From assembly GCA_944349765.1 (NCBI GenBank), contig CALVNN010000001.1:749-64748 (forward strand): a DNA stretch of 64,000 nt, written 5' to 3'. Shown in pieces: positions 38,937 to 49,796 of this stretch. Both the position numbers and the translations under genes were made by a program. Positions within the stretch are counted from its first letter, which is position 1; each line of letters opens with the position of its first letter. Origin of the DNA: an uncultured Clostridia bacterium. GTDB taxonomy: Bacteria > Bacillota > Clostridia > Christensenellales > UBA1242. The notes below the pieces were generated by a model, which had not been told where the DNA came from, made no database searches, and was given only the letters and a program-made list of their open reading frames with translations.

Positions 38937-40001
38937 ATGAGTAAAAAAATTATTTTGACAGGAGAAAGATGTACAGGTAAATTGCATTTAGGGCATTATG
39001 TGGGTACCTTGAAAGAAAGATTAAAAATTCAAGAAAGTGGAGACTATGATGAGTTTTACATTGAGATTGCTGACGGACAATCTCTAACCGATAATGCTAA
39101 GAATGTTCAAAAGGTAAAAGACAATCTTATCAATGTCGCTTTAGATTATCTATCCGTTGGGCTTGATCCAAGTAAAGTTACTATGTTTATCCAGACAGAA
39201 GTACCAGAATTAACAGAACTTAATTTTTACTTTTTGAATATGGTAAATTTGTCAAGACTACTTCGCAACCCTACGATAAAGACCGAGATCAAACAACGTG
39301 GGTTTAATGAGAGCATCCCAGCAGGCTTTATTACTTACCCTGTCAGTCAAGCGGCAGATATTTTAGGTTTTGACGGTACCATTGTGCCAGTAGGTGAAGA
39401 TCAGTTACCTATGATTGAACAATGTGTGGAGATTGCTAGAACATTTAATAATGTTTATGGTAAAACTTTTGACGAACCTAAAGCAGTGATCAGTACTAAT
39501 AAAGTGTGTGCGAGATTGCCAGGTATAGACGGCAATGCTAAGATGAGTAAATCTTTGGGAAATTGCATTTACTTAAGTGATAGTTCTGAGGAAGTCGCTA
39601 AGAAAGTTATGAGTATGTATACAGACCCTAATCATATTCACGTAGAGGACCCAGGTAAGGTCGAGGGTAATATAGTATTTACTTATTTGGATGTCTTTGC
39701 GACGGATGAAGATGTAAAAAAGTATATGACAGATTATAGTACTATAGAGGAGCTCAAAGAGCACTACAGACGAGGCGGGCTTGGAGATGTTAAGATAAAA
39801 AAATTACTTATAGCTGTATTAGAAGATTTGCTTTCGCCTATTAGAGAAAGGCGTGCTATATACGAGAAAGATTTATCAAAGGTCTATGATATATTATTTG
39901 ATGGTAGCGACAAAGCAAGAAAGAAAGTACAGGAAGTATTGGCTAGAGCAAAAAGAAATATGGGAATTAACTATAGAGAATTATTAAAAGGGGAGAAATA
40001 A
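38937..40001 (+). CDS. trpS: Tryptophan--tRNA ligase
   Basis: HIGH-type motif GKLHLGHY and KMSKS. Confidence 0.9.
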   Translation: MSKKIILTGERCTGKLHLGHYVGTLKERLKIQESGDYDEFYIEIADGQSLTDNAKNVQKVKDNLINVALDYLSVGLDPSKVTMFIQTEVPELTELNFYFLNMVNLSRLLRNPTIKTEIKQRGFNESIPAGFITYPVSQAADILGFDGTIVPVGEDQLPMIEQCVEIARTFNNVYGKTFDEPKAVISTNKVCARLPGIDGNAKMSKSLGNCIYLSDSSEEVAKKVMSMYTDPNHIHVEDPGKVEGNIVFTYLDVFATDEDVKKYMTDYSTIEELKEHYRRGGLGDVKIKKLLIAVLEDLLSPIRERRAIYEKDLSKVYDILFDGSDKARKKVQEVLARAKRNMGINYRELLKGEK

Positions 40002-40756
40002 TGTTATACGGAGATTATCATACTCATACACCTTATAGCCATGGCACTGGTACGGTAATGGAGAATGCTATGGTGGCTAAGGAAAAAGGATTAAAAGAGC
40101 TTGCTATTACAGATCATGGGTTCAACCATATGTCCTTTAACATAAAAAGAAAAGAACTAAAAAGCCTAAGGCGAGATATTGATGAAGCTGAGAAAGCTAC
40201 GGGGCTTAAGATTTATCTTGGCGTGGAGGCAAATATAATATCTAGGTCAGGTAAAGTGGATGTCAAGCCTAAAGATTTTGAGTATCTTGAAATCTTAGTT
40301 GTCGGTTATCATAAAGCGGTTTGGTCAGATGTAAAGAGTATGTTTGATTACATTTTAAAAAATATGCTTACAAAAAATCCATCAAAAAAGCTCATAGAAA
40401 TAAATACCAATAGCTATATTCAAGCTTTGCGTAAGTATCCTATTGACATTATTAGTCATTTAAATCATAGATGTAAAGTCGATGTGGTTGAGGTCGCTAA
40501 GGTGGCTAGTGAGGTAGGGTGTTATATAGAGCTAAATGGCAAGCGTAAACATTTTAGTCGTGAGCAAGTAAAAGATATGGTAGAAAAGACCGATGTTATG
40601 TTTGTACTTGATAGTGATGCGCACAGCAAAGAAAGAGTCGGGGATGTAGATATGTGGCTTAAGCTATCTGAAGAATACGGTATCCCTAAAGAGCGTATTG
40701 CAAATCTAAATGGTGGAATAATTTTAAGAGATAAGAAGGCATTTTATGAGAGCTAG
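40001..40756 (+). CDS. PHP-domain phosphoesterase (histidinol-phosphatase family)
   Basis: N-terminal YGDYHTHTPYSHG metal-binding motif. ITDHG. Confidence 0.75.
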   Translation: MLYGDYHTHTPYSHGTGTVMENAMVAKEKGLKELAITDHGFNHMSFNIKRKELKSLRRDIDEAEKATGLKIYLGVEANIISRSGKVDVKPKDFEYLEILVVGYHKAVWSDVKSMFDYILKNMLTKNPSKKLIEINTNSYIQALRKYPIDIISHLNHRCKVDVVEVAKVASEVGCYIELNGKRKHFSREQVKDMVEKTDVMFVLDSDAHSKERVGDVDMWLKLSEEYGIPKERIANLNGGIILRDKKAFYES

Positions 40757-41708
40757 AGGAGCTTATTCTCTTGAAGTAAAAAAAGAGATTTTAAGTAATC
40801 TATCTAAAGATAGTTGCTGTCGACTGAGTTTTTTGTCAGCTGTATTAAAATCTAGCGAATACAACCTAACAAACAATGGATTTAAGATAGAGATATCTAG
40901 TAAGTTACGAGAATTACTTGAGGAAGTAGCGGATATTATACAAAGTATGTATGGGTATTCTCCTGTTATTACACAAGATGATGATGTTTTTAACCAAAAT
41001 GAAAGATTTAAAATAATTATTGAGGGAGATATAGTTAGACCGCTACTTATTGATTGTGGTATAGCTAAGGTCAATGAGGAAAATTGTTTTGAATTTGTCG
41101 ATGGTATAGATAGTGAACTCGTAATAGACGAATGTTGTAAAAAATCTTATATAAAGGGCTTGTTATTAGCTTGCGGTTCTGTCAGTGGGATAGGTGAGAA
41201 GACTAATAGAAGTATTGATTACCACTTGGAGTGGGTAATGAGTAATGAGCAGACTGCTTATGATTTGTTAGAGTTACTTGCTTACTTTAATATATTTGGT
41301 AGAAAGATATTAAGAAAAAATCTTTTTGTCGTATATTTGCAAAAATTCGATCAGATTAGCGATTTGTTGGTTGTTGTTGATGCTCCTAATGCAATGCTAA
41401 GTCTTAATGAAGAATTTGCAATGCGTACTATAAAAAATTCTGTCAATAGAATCAATAATTGTGAGAGTGCAAATCAAACCAAAACGATTGATGCTTCTAT
41501 CAATCAACTAAGGGCTATAAATACTATTATGGATACAATAGGTATAGAGGCTTTGGGAGAGGATTTAGAGAGGGTGTGTATGCTAAGACTTGCGAATGAA
41601 GATGAAAGCTTAGAGGGCTTAGCAAAGCTTAGTGGTATGACTAGAAGTGCACTCAATTACAGATTGAATAAAATAATAAAAATTGCTGAAGAAATAACAA
41701 AAAACTAA
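40746..41708 (+). CDS. whiA: DNA-binding sporulation/cell-division regulator WhiA
   Basis: SLEVKKEIL start pattern, LAGLIDADG-like middle (YIKGLLLACGS), C-terminal HTH (LSGMTRSALNYRLNKI). Confidence 0.85.
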   Translation: MRARGAYSLEVKKEILSNLSKDSCCRLSFLSAVLKSSEYNLTNNGFKIEISSKLRELLEEVADIIQSMYGYSPVITQDDDVFNQNERFKIIIEGDIVRPLLIDCGIAKVNEENCFEFVDGIDSELVIDECCKKSYIKGLLLACGSVSGIGEKTNRSIDYHLEWVMSNEQTAYDLLELLAYFNIFGRKILRKNLFVVYLQKFDQISDLLVVVDAPNAMLSLNEEFAMRTIKNSVNRINNCESANQTKTIDASINQLRAINTIMDTIGIEALGEDLERVCMLRLANEDESLEGLAKLSGMTRSALNYRLNKIIKIAEEITKN

Positions 41709-41723
41709 AATTTTGGAGGGTGA

Positions 41724-44700
41724 ATGAATTTTGTCCATTTACACGTACACAGCGAGTATAGTTTGCTAGATGGTGCGTGCCGAATAGAAAAACTTGTGAA
41801 GACGGTTAAAGAAATGGGAATGCCTGCAGTTGCCGTTACCGACCATGGTAATATGTATGGTACTGTATCACTTTTTGATAATTGCAATAAGGCAGGGATA
41901 AAGGCTATTTACGGCTGTGAGTTTTATGTTGATAAAGATCTTACCGTTAAGAGTGGCAAGTCGAAATTATCCCACCTTATATTATTAGTTAAAAATGAGA
42001 TAGGGTACAAAAATATATGTGAGCTTAATACCATAGCGTTTAGAGATGGATATTATTACAAGCCAAGAATAGATTATAAGACCTTAGCCAAATATAGCGA
42101 AGGGCTTATTTGTTTGTCGGCATGTCTAGCGGGTGACTTACCTCAGCTCATTTTAAAAGGTGAGTTGGATAAAGCTGAAGAGTATGCACTTATGATGAAA
42201 AATATGTTTGCTCCAGGAGACTATTATATAGAGGTGCAAGATCACGGTTTACCTCAAGAGAAATATATTTATCCGTATTTGGTAGAGATAGCTAAAAAGC
42301 TAGGCATTAAGACAGTAGCGACTAATGATGCTCACTATATCTATAAAGAAGATGCACAAATGCAGGATATTTTGCTTTGTGTCCAAACAGGCAAAAAAAT
42401 AGATGACCCAGATAGGATGAGGTTTGATACGGAAGAGTTTTACATTAAGTCGTATGATGAGATGTGTGCTCTTTTTCCTGACAACAAAGAAGCTATTGAA
42501 TCTACTATGGAGATAGCCCAAAAATGTAATTTTACCTTTGAGGGTATTGACCAAAATATTTATTATATTCCTAGATTTGTCCCAGAAAATGGAATGTCTC
42601 AATTAGACTATATGAATATGTTGATTGAGGAAGGTATAGTCAAAAAGAATGTGCCTGACACAAAAGAACTAAGGGATCGTATTGCTTCGGAAATGAACGT
42701 AATTGTTAAGCAAGGATTCGTCGGGTATTATCTTGTGGTACGTGACTATTGTACAGCAGCTAGAGCTATGGGTATCGCCGTGGGACCTGGTCGTGGAAGT
42801 GGTGCAGGTAGTATGGTAGCTTACCTTATTGGTATAGTTGACATAAATCCTATGAAGTACGATTTGCTCTTTGAACGTTTTTTACATACTGAACGTATAA
42901 CAGCTCCAGACTTTGATGTGGATTTTGCAGCAAGTAAACGTGGTGAAATTATCAAATATGTTACTCAAAAATATGGCGCAGAAAAAGTGGCTGGTATAGC
43001 GACATTTGGTACAATGGCAGCAAAAAATGCTATAAAGGACGTCGGGCGTTCACTTAATGTGCCTTATAGTCAATTAGATAAAGTAACAAAAGCTATTCCT
43101 AAAATGGATGCAAAGCACAATGACGTAATTAAAAAATGTTTTGGCTTTTATAAAGACCCTAAGAACAAGGATGCAGATTACTCGGTGCCAGAGCTTGTGC
43201 AAATCTATAACACAGACCCAGATATTAGACAGGTAATTGATATTGCTATGAAACTAGAGGGTATGCCTCGTAACCGTTCTATGCACGCGTGCGGTGTGGT
43301 AATTAGTGCGGAAAACTTAGAGGAACATATGCCACTAAGTCGTAATGGTGATGATATCACTACACAGTATTCAATGACTGATATAGAGAGACTAGGTCAC
43401 TTAAAGATGGACTTTTTAGGGCTTAGGAACTTAGATGATATAGGTGAGTGTATCAAATATGTTAAAGAAAATCATGGAGTTGACATTGACTTTAGTAAAA
43501 TTGGTTATGTGGACGAAGATACATTCAAACTTATTTCAACAGGTAATACAAAAGCTATTTTTCAAATAGAAAGTGGTGGTTTTCAAAAGTTTATGAAAGA
43601 ATTACGCCCTACTTCCATAGAAGATATTACCGCTGGAGTTGCTTTGTATAGACCTGGCCCTATGGACGCTATTCCAAGATATGTGCATAACAAGCATCAT
43701 CCAGAGGATGTTACTTATGACCACCCTATCCTTGAGCCTATATTAAATGTTACTTATGGATGTATCATATACCAAGAGCAAGTGATGAGAATTGTTCAAG
43801 ATATGGCTGGGTACACCTTAGGTCAAGCCGATATGGTACGTCGTATGATGGGTAAGAAGAAAAAGGAAGAAATGGCAAAAGAAAAAAACACCTTCCTTTA
43901 TGGTAAACCTGCCTCAAATGGTAAGCCAGCTATTGATGGTGCAGTAAAAAGAGGAGTATCCCCAGAGGTTGCTACTAAGATTTGGGGAGAGATGGAAAGC
44001 TTTGCGTCTTACGCGTTTAATAAATCGCACGCTGCGGCTTATGCGCTTATTACTTATCAAACAGCTTACTTAAAGAATTATTACGAACCAGAATTTTTGA
44101 CCGCTGTCTTAAATAATCGTATAGATAAATCTGATGAGATAAGAAACTATATTAACTATGCTAAGGAAGAAGGGATACAAATATTACTGCCAAATATCAA
44201 TGAGAGTAGAGCGTATTTTTATGCGACGAAAGACGGGGCTATACGTTTTGGACTAGCTGCTATCAAGGGTATTGGTGTAAAAGTAATAGAAGAAGTCGTT
44301 CAAGAGAGACAAGCCAACGGACCTTTTAAGTCTCTAGAAGATTATTGCGAAAGAGTTAGCTCAGCCAATCTAAATAAGCGTACGATAGAAAGTTTGATTT
44401 ACGCTGGTGCTTTTGATGTTTTTGGACTCAAACGTAGTCAAATGATTGAAACATATCCAAAGATAGTGGATAGGGTGATGCAAGATAAAAAGATTAGAGA
44501 TAAAGGTCAAGTTAGTTTGTTTGATGATTTATTGAAGGAAGATACTGTAGCAAATACGATTGAGTATCCAAATATCAAAGAGATACCAGTAGATTTGAAA
44601 CTTAAACAAGAAAAAGAAGTAACAGGAATGTATCTTTCTGGACATCCGTTGGATATTTATACCGATAAATATAGAGATTTTACTTTTGACTCTACTATGG

Positions 44701-45290
44701 CAGAGTTACCAGATAGTGAAGATGAAAATGATGATTATGAGTCTGAAGAAGATGAGTATGCTATACAAGATACAGGTCTTCAAGATGGTACAGCGGTAGT
44801 TTGTGGTGGGGCAATAATTGATATGAAGAAGATCTACACTAAGACCGGTAATAAAGAAATGTGCTTTTTGACAATAGAAGACTTGTATGGCACTTTTGAA
44901 GTCGTTGTATTCCCAAAAGTCTTTGAAAAGCTAAAACCTATGTGCTATGTAGATAATATGATAACTATTTACGGTAAAGTGAGTAAAAAAGATGACGGCT
45001 CAATAAGTATTATTGCCGACAAGATGGATAAATGGGAGGCTAGAGGTAAAAATACCATTATAAAGAAGATTTTATATCTACAATTTGATATAAACGATAC
45101 GGAGCTAAAAGGTAGACTTGATATTATTTTAGGTAGATTCTGGGGAGAGAGTGAAGTAGTATTTGTAGACATTAATACAAAGAAAGCTTATAAATATAGC
45201 AAGAAAGTGAATATAGTTACGCCACTATTAAATGAGTTGTACGGAAGCTTAGGCTTTGAAAATATTAAAGTTGTAGAAAAAGAAATTTAA
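41724..45290 (+). CDS. dnaE: DNA polymerase III alpha subunit DnaE
   Basis: PHP start FVHLHVHSEYSLLDG. Polymerase core motifs PDFDVDF, MDFLGLRNL, KSHAAAYA. Confidence 0.95.
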   Translation: MNFVHLHVHSEYSLLDGACRIEKLVKTVKEMGMPAVAVTDHGNMYGTVSLFDNCNKAGIKAIYGCEFYVDKDLTVKSGKSKLSHLILLVKNEIGYKNICELNTIAFRDGYYYKPRIDYKTLAKYSEGLICLSACLAGDLPQLILKGELDKAEEYALMMKNMFAPGDYYIEVQDHGLPQEKYIYPYLVEIAKKLGIKTVATNDAHYIYKEDAQMQDILLCVQTGKKIDDPDRMRFDTEEFYIKSYDEMCALFPDNKEAIESTMEIAQKCNFTFEGIDQNIYYIPRFVPENGMSQLDYMNMLIEEGIVKKNVPDTKELRDRIASEMNVIVKQGFVGYYLVVRDYCTAARAMGIAVGPGRGSGAGSMVAYLIGIVDINPMKYDLLFERFLHTERITAPDFDVDFAASKRGEIIKYVTQKYGAEKVAGIATFGTMAAKNAIKDVGRSLNVPYSQLDKVTKAIPKMDAKHNDVIKKCFGFYKDPKNKDADYSVPELVQIYNTDPDIRQVIDIAMKLEGMPRNRSMHACGVVISAENLEEHMPLSRNGDDITTQYSMTDIERLGHLKMDFLGLRNLDDIGECIKYVKENHGVDIDFSKIGYVDEDTFKLISTGNTKAIFQIESGGFQKFMKELRPTSIEDITAGVALYRPGPMDAIPRYVHNKHHPEDVTYDHPILEPILNVTYGCIIYQEQVMRIVQDMAGYTLGQADMVRRMMGKKKKEEMAKEKNTFLYGKPASNGKPAIDGAVKRGVSPEVATKIWGEMESFASYAFNKSHAAAYALITYQTAYLKNYYEPEFLTAVLNNRIDKSDEIRNYINYAKEEGIQILLPNINESRAYFYATKDGAIRFGLAAIKGIGVKVIEEVVQERQANGPFKSLEDYCERVSSANLNKRTIESLIYAGAFDVFGLKRSQMIETYPKIVDRVMQDKKIRDKGQVSLFDDLLKEDTVANTIEYPNIKEIPVDLKLKQEKEVTGMYLSGHPLDIYTDKYRDFTFDSTMAELPDSEDENDDYESEEDEYAIQDTGLQDGTAVVCGGAIIDMKKIYTKTGNKEMCFLTIEDLYGTFEVVVFPKVFEKLKPMCYVDNMITIYGKVSKKDDGSISIIADKMDKWEARGKNTIIKKILYLQFDINDTELKGRLDIILGRFWGESEVVFVDINTKKAYKYSKKVNIVTPLLNELYGSLGFENIKVVEKEI

Positions 45291-45339
45291 CCTTTAAAAT
45301 TTTAAAAAATAAAAATTTGGTAATTTTTGGTAAAAGTAC

Positions 45340-45445
45340 TTGTAATATTATTTTTTGTGTGTTATAATGACAATAGAGTTAAGGTGATATACACTTTTTA
45401 CCACCATTGAGTGTATATATCAAACGCCTTAACTCTATTTTTTTG
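45340..45445 (+). ncRNA. Candidate small RNA: consensus promoter driving a ~70-nt extended hairpin with U-tail. The hairpin may simply be the dnaE terminator.
   Basis: TTGTAA, 17 nt, TGtTATAAT (extended -10, 45360-45368). Outer 12-bp stem 45373-45384/45427-45438. Inner 9-bp stem 45387-45395/45410-45418. Loop TTTTACCACCATTG. T7 tail. Confidence 0.4.
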
Positions 45446-45446
45446 T

Positions 45447-45986
45447 TTAGTAAGAGGCTGTATTATAGATTTTGGTATTTTCAAGAGCTTTGGCTAGAGC
45501 AAAGTATTGATTTATAGCTGATGCTGTAGTCTCTGCCAATTCCGATATGAAGCCTCTTTTTGTTTTTATAAGCATAAAATCTTTTGAATGTGATTCGATA
45601 ACTGCTAAAATGCTACTATCACCGATTAGATACAAAGAATCATCTAAGGCACTTCTAGGTATGGTGCCACAACCTAAAAATTTTATAGTGCCTACGCTAC
45701 TTTCGTTACCTAAAGCACTATCTATGACGACTATGTGAGATAGTGGATGTGCTCTCCTTATCATACTTAAGTATTCTTCAAGGTTTAATGCATTAACATT
45801 TTTTATAAGATCCCCATATACATAGGTAGGAATATTGTATTTGTTTTTTAGTAAAGAGCCTACCATAGGACCATAGGCGTCTGCAAGTAACCTACTAGTC
45901 CCCAAACATAAGAATACTATATTAGTATTACCTTGTAATCTTGCATATAGCTTGCCAGCTAATCTCATAGTATTGAATTTATCCAT
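45447..45986 (-). CDS. yyaC: Spore protease YyaC
   Basis: FLCLGTSRLLADAYGPMVG motif and size are typical of the YyaC family. Confidence 0.75.
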   Translation of the reverse strand: MDKFNTMRLAGKLYARLQGNTNIVFLCLGTSRLLADAYGPMVGSLLKNKYNIPTYVYGDLIKNVNALNLEEYLSMIRRAHPLSHIVVIDSALGNESSVGTIKFLGCGTIPRSALDDSLYLIGDSSILAVIESHSKDFMLIKTKRGFISELAETTASAINQYFALAKALENTKIYNTASY

Positions 45987-46189
45987 ATTTACTCCTAATT
46001 TTTTGGTTTAAACAAATTTTTTCCAGAATAAAAAATTTTAGTTTCAAAAAAAATGTCAAATAATATGGACAAATTTACGTCCTTGTGATATTATGTTAAT
46101 AATTAAGTTATGATAGTATGCATTATAGGATTAACTTATGTAGTCATTATATTAAAGTAATTGTCATAAGCTAAATATAGGAGGAGTAT

Positions 46190-47116
46190 ATGTTTAATAC
46201 TATAAATTTGCTTTCAAATTTGAGTGAGCAGACGGCTAGTACTATTGCTATCATTATAGACGTTGTAATTGTAGTGATATTATTAATATTTTTACTGCGT
46301 GGGTTTGTTACTGGCTTTATAGATGCTATACTCAAACTTATAGGTACCGTGGGTGCTTTGCTGGTTGCTATTTTTTGCGCAAGACCAGTTGCAAACTTTT
46401 TGGATGAGATCATATCAATTAAAAGTTGGTTTAGTGGTATAGGAGCTGGATTTTGTACAGGTGATGCACTTACGACTACTATTGAAACTGAAGCTCAGAG
46501 GCAAGCTGCGTTATCAGCTATAGATAGTTCTGGCTACGTGTCTATTATTAAAAGTTTTCTTACCAATGTAGTTAATAGTATGCCACTAGGCGACTTGTCT
46601 GTTGCACAAGCTGTAGATGCTGCTGTTGCTACGATATTAGGTATAGTTTTGACGGGTGTCTTGTTATTTATAGTTATCAAATTAGTGGTATTCCTACTTG
46701 GTAAATTATTTGATGCTGTTGAAGATAAACGTGGCGGTAAGAGTGGACTTGATAGATTGCTTGGTAGTATCTTAGGACTAGTAAAAGGTGCAGTAGTTGT
46801 AGTAATCATAATGATTATTGGTACTTTCCTAAATTACGCAAAACTTCCAGTTGATCAAGTAATGCAAAATACTTATGTATCTAAGCCTATCTATGAGTTC
46901 ATCTCTGGCAAGGTGACCGAAGTGATTGATGATATTGATTTCAATGCAATAATTGATAATATTATCAAAGATGATAACGCTGAGGGTGAAGGCACTGAAG
47001 GTGAAGGTACAGGTGACGACAATACCGGTGACGGCAATACCGGTGGAGATAGTACTGGTGGAGAGAATGCTGGTACAGGAGATGACTCTGGTACAACTGG
47101 TGGCAATGAGTCGTAA
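46190..47116 (+). CDS. cvpA: CvpA family membrane protein with a G/T/D/E-rich low-complexity tail
   Basis: N-terminal IIDVVIVVILLIFLLRGFVTGF pattern and four TM helices. Tail is GEGTEGEGTGDDNTGDGNTGG. Confidence 0.55.
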   Translation: MFNTINLLSNLSEQTASTIAIIIDVVIVVILLIFLLRGFVTGFIDAILKLIGTVGALLVAIFCARPVANFLDEIISIKSWFSGIGAGFCTGDALTTTIETEAQRQAALSAIDSSGYVSIIKSFLTNVVNSMPLGDLSVAQAVDAAVATILGIVLTGVLLFIVIKLVVFLLGKLFDAVEDKRGGKSGLDRLLGSILGLVKGAVVVVIIMIIGTFLNYAKLPVDQVMQNTYVSKPIYEFISGKVTEVIDDIDFNAIIDNIIKDDNAEGEGTEGEGTGDDNTGDGNTGGDSTGGENAGTGDDSGTTGGNES

Positions 47117-47223
47117 TCTTTTGAAAAAATAAAATCCTTTTTTACAAAGAAAGGATTTTTTTATTTTGTATAAATTTGCTTGCATATCTACAAACTAAAG
47201 TAAAAAGTTGTTATGGAGTTTGT

Positions 47224-48687
47224 ATGGAGCAAGGTAGTGTAGAAATTTCAAATTACATATTAGAAAAGCTTAATAATAATTCCGATGTTGTATGTCGTAA
47301 TCTTATAATATCAGGCACTAAGATTGACGTAATTTATGTAAAGGATATTTCAAACTATGAGATAATAAGTCAAGATGTGCTATTACCTCTATCTAGAGTC
47401 GACAAATTGTCTATTAGTATTGACCTTGACTATGTACATAAATCTGTCTTGGCTGCTGGTAATATAGATGTAGAAGTAGATGTGGATAATGCTATTAGCG
47501 AATTGTTAAAAGGCAAAACACTAGTGATACTTGATAGTAGTAAACAAATCTTAGTTGTCGACTCGACCAAATTTAATACTAGAGGCATTGAAGAACCGCC
47601 GACCAGTGCAGTCTTAAAAGGCCCACGTGAAGGATTTAATGAAAATATAAAAAATAACGTATCAATGGTTAGAAGAAGAATAGCTTCAACTGATTTGGTA
47701 ATGAAAGATCTAAACGTAGGTAAACAGACAGCTACTGCCGTTACGGTTATGTGGCTTAAAGGTATTGCGGATGATGCAGTAGTAAAAGCCATATTAAACA
47801 AGATAAAAGCTATAGACATAGATGGAGTGGTGGATAGCAATTACATAGCAGAGTTTCTTCAAAATAGAAAGAATTCCATTTTTCAACAAATTGGTACAAG
47901 TGAAAAACCTGATATAGTGACCGCTAAATTACTTGAAGGTCGTGTGGCTATATTTGTAGATGGTTCGCCTATTGTATTGACGTTACCATATGTGCTATTT
48001 GAGTCTTTTCAAAGTTCTAGTGATTATTATAGCAAGCATTACCATGCAACGCTTACAAGATGGGTAAGATTGATTGCTATCTTTTTTGCCGTTATTTTGC
48101 CTGGCTTTTATGTAGCCGTGCAGTTGTATCACTATGATATAGTGCCGTTAAAATTTTTGGTGACAATTATGAATACCACTTCGGGATTGCCATTTACGCC
48201 TCTTTTTGAGACATTATTTATAATATTGCTATTTGAAATATTAAATGAAGCTAGTGTGCGTATGCCTAAGCACCTTGGTATGGCTATGTCGATTGTAGGT
48301 GCTTTAATCTTAGGTGACACGGCTGTAAAAGCGGGACTTATAAGCCCCCCAGCCATGATGATTGTTGCCCTTTCTGGTATAACGTTGTTTGTGGTGTCAG
48401 ACTTATCTGATCAATTATCTTTATTAAGATTGGGCTTTACGCTTATGGGTGGTCTATTAGGATTGTATGGTGTAATACTAAGTGGGATTTTCTTAGTCGC
48501 ATATCTAAATTCCATAGACAGTTATGGCGCACCATACTTGTCTCCATTATCACCACATGTCAAAAGCGATATGAAAGACTTTTTGAATATGGTGCCTTTA
48601 ACAGATATGAAAAAACGACCTAAAAGTTTTAAAAATAAAAACAAAAATAAAACAAAACTAAGTAAGTCCAAGGAGGTGGAAGAATGA
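47224..48687 (+). CDS. Spore germination protein, GerA family A subunit
   Basis: KGPREGFNENIKNNVSMVRRRI motif and C-terminal TM region. Confidence 0.85.
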   Translation: MEQGSVEISNYILEKLNNNSDVVCRNLIISGTKIDVIYVKDISNYEIISQDVLLPLSRVDKLSISIDLDYVHKSVLAAGNIDVEVDVDNAISELLKGKTLVILDSSKQILVVDSTKFNTRGIEEPPTSAVLKGPREGFNENIKNNVSMVRRRIASTDLVMKDLNVGKQTATAVTVMWLKGIADDAVVKAILNKIKAIDIDGVVDSNYIAEFLQNRKNSIFQQIGTSEKPDIVTAKLLEGRVAIFVDGSPIVLTLPYVLFESFQSSSDYYSKHYHATLTRWVRLIAIFFAVILPGFYVAVQLYHYDIVPLKFLVTIMNTTSGLPFTPLFETLFIILLFEILNEASVRMPKHLGMAMSIVGALILGDTAVKAGLISPPAMMIVALSGITLFVVSDLSDQLSLLRLGFTLMGGLLGLYGVILSGIFLVAYLNSIDSYGAPYLSPLSPHVKSDMKDFLNMVPLTDMKKRPKSFKNKNKNKTKLSKSKEVEE

Positions 48688-49796
48688 AATCTTTAACAAC
48701 TTGGCAAATGTGTGCCTTACTTGCTATAAGCGTAATAAGTAATAAATTATTAATGTTACCATCTATCATGTACGAGTATGTTGGTAGAGATGCAATATTT
48801 GTAATTATATTTAAGTTCTTACTAGCTGCAATGTTTATTGGTGTATTGATGTACGCTCTTACAAAAAATCCAGATAAAACTTTACGTGAATTAGTGTCAA
48901 CTATTATTGGAGATGTAGGGTATAGGATATTAGCTTTTTTAGTATTTGTAGTTTATTTCTTTAAGACTTTTTTACTGTTATTTGAAAGCGAATTATTTTT
49001 AGGCTCAGTAATGTATCAAGATTATGATAAATTATTGTTTTTAGTACCTACTATGTTAGTTGCCGGGTATATAGCATACAAAGGATTACAGACCGTTGGT
49101 AGGACTTGTGAAGCTTTATGTGGAGTCATATTCATAGGTTTATTTTTGACCTTCTTGCTTTCTATATCAGAACTAGATTGTTCAAATATTTTACCTTTGG
49201 GTATAGAAGATTTTAGTAATTATTTTGAAGCTTTGAATGCGTGCTTTTTATGGTTTGGTAATTACTTTTTGATATTCTTCTGTCTCGGCGACGTAAAAAT
49301 GACAAAAAATTTAGTGGGTAAAGTCTATACAGTGTTTGGCATTTCGACGCTATTTGTATTAGCATTCTTCTTTGTGTTTTATGCTAATTTTGAGTATAGT
49401 TCTGGCTTGCATAAGTTTGCAATATCTGATATTACGCAATTCACCCCTGAGATTGCTTCATTTACCAAGGTGGATTGGTTTACCGTGATCATCTGGATGA
49501 TGACCAATGTCCTTCAATGTGCTATTCAAATCTATATTATGCAAAGAACGTTTATTGAAACTTTTGGCATAAGAAAAACTCAAGTATTCAGTTTTATTTT
49601 CTTAAGCTTGATTTTATTAATATATCTATTCAATCCATTCAATTTATCTGAATTTATTGAGTTTGTTACCGTGTATGTTAGTCCATTTGTATTCTTTGTG
49701 GGTGTGACTTTATTAATATTAATCTTAATAGCCACTATTATGTTGAATAGGCGAAAAAGCAAACAAGGAGGGAATAAAAAGTGCTTAGGAAATTAA
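48684..49796 (+). CDS. Spore germination protein, B subunit (APC-like permease)
   Basis: About ten TM helices. Overlaps the A-subunit stop by 4 nt. Confidence 0.8.
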   Translation: MKSLTTWQMCALLAISVISNKLLMLPSIMYEYVGRDAIFVIIFKFLLAAMFIGVLMYALTKNPDKTLRELVSTIIGDVGYRILAFLVFVVYFFKTFLLLFESELFLGSVMYQDYDKLLFLVPTMLVAGYIAYKGLQTVGRTCEALCGVIFIGLFLTFLLSISELDCSNILPLGIEDFSNYFEALNACFLWFGNYFLIFFCLGDVKMTKNLVGKVYTVFGISTLFVLAFFFVFYANFEYSSGLHKFAISDITQFTPEIASFTKVDWFTVIIWMMTNVLQCAIQIYIMQRTFIETFGIRKTQVFSFIFLSLILLIYLFNPFNLSEFIEFVTVYVSPFVFFVGVTLLILILIATIMLNRRKSKQGGNKKCLGN

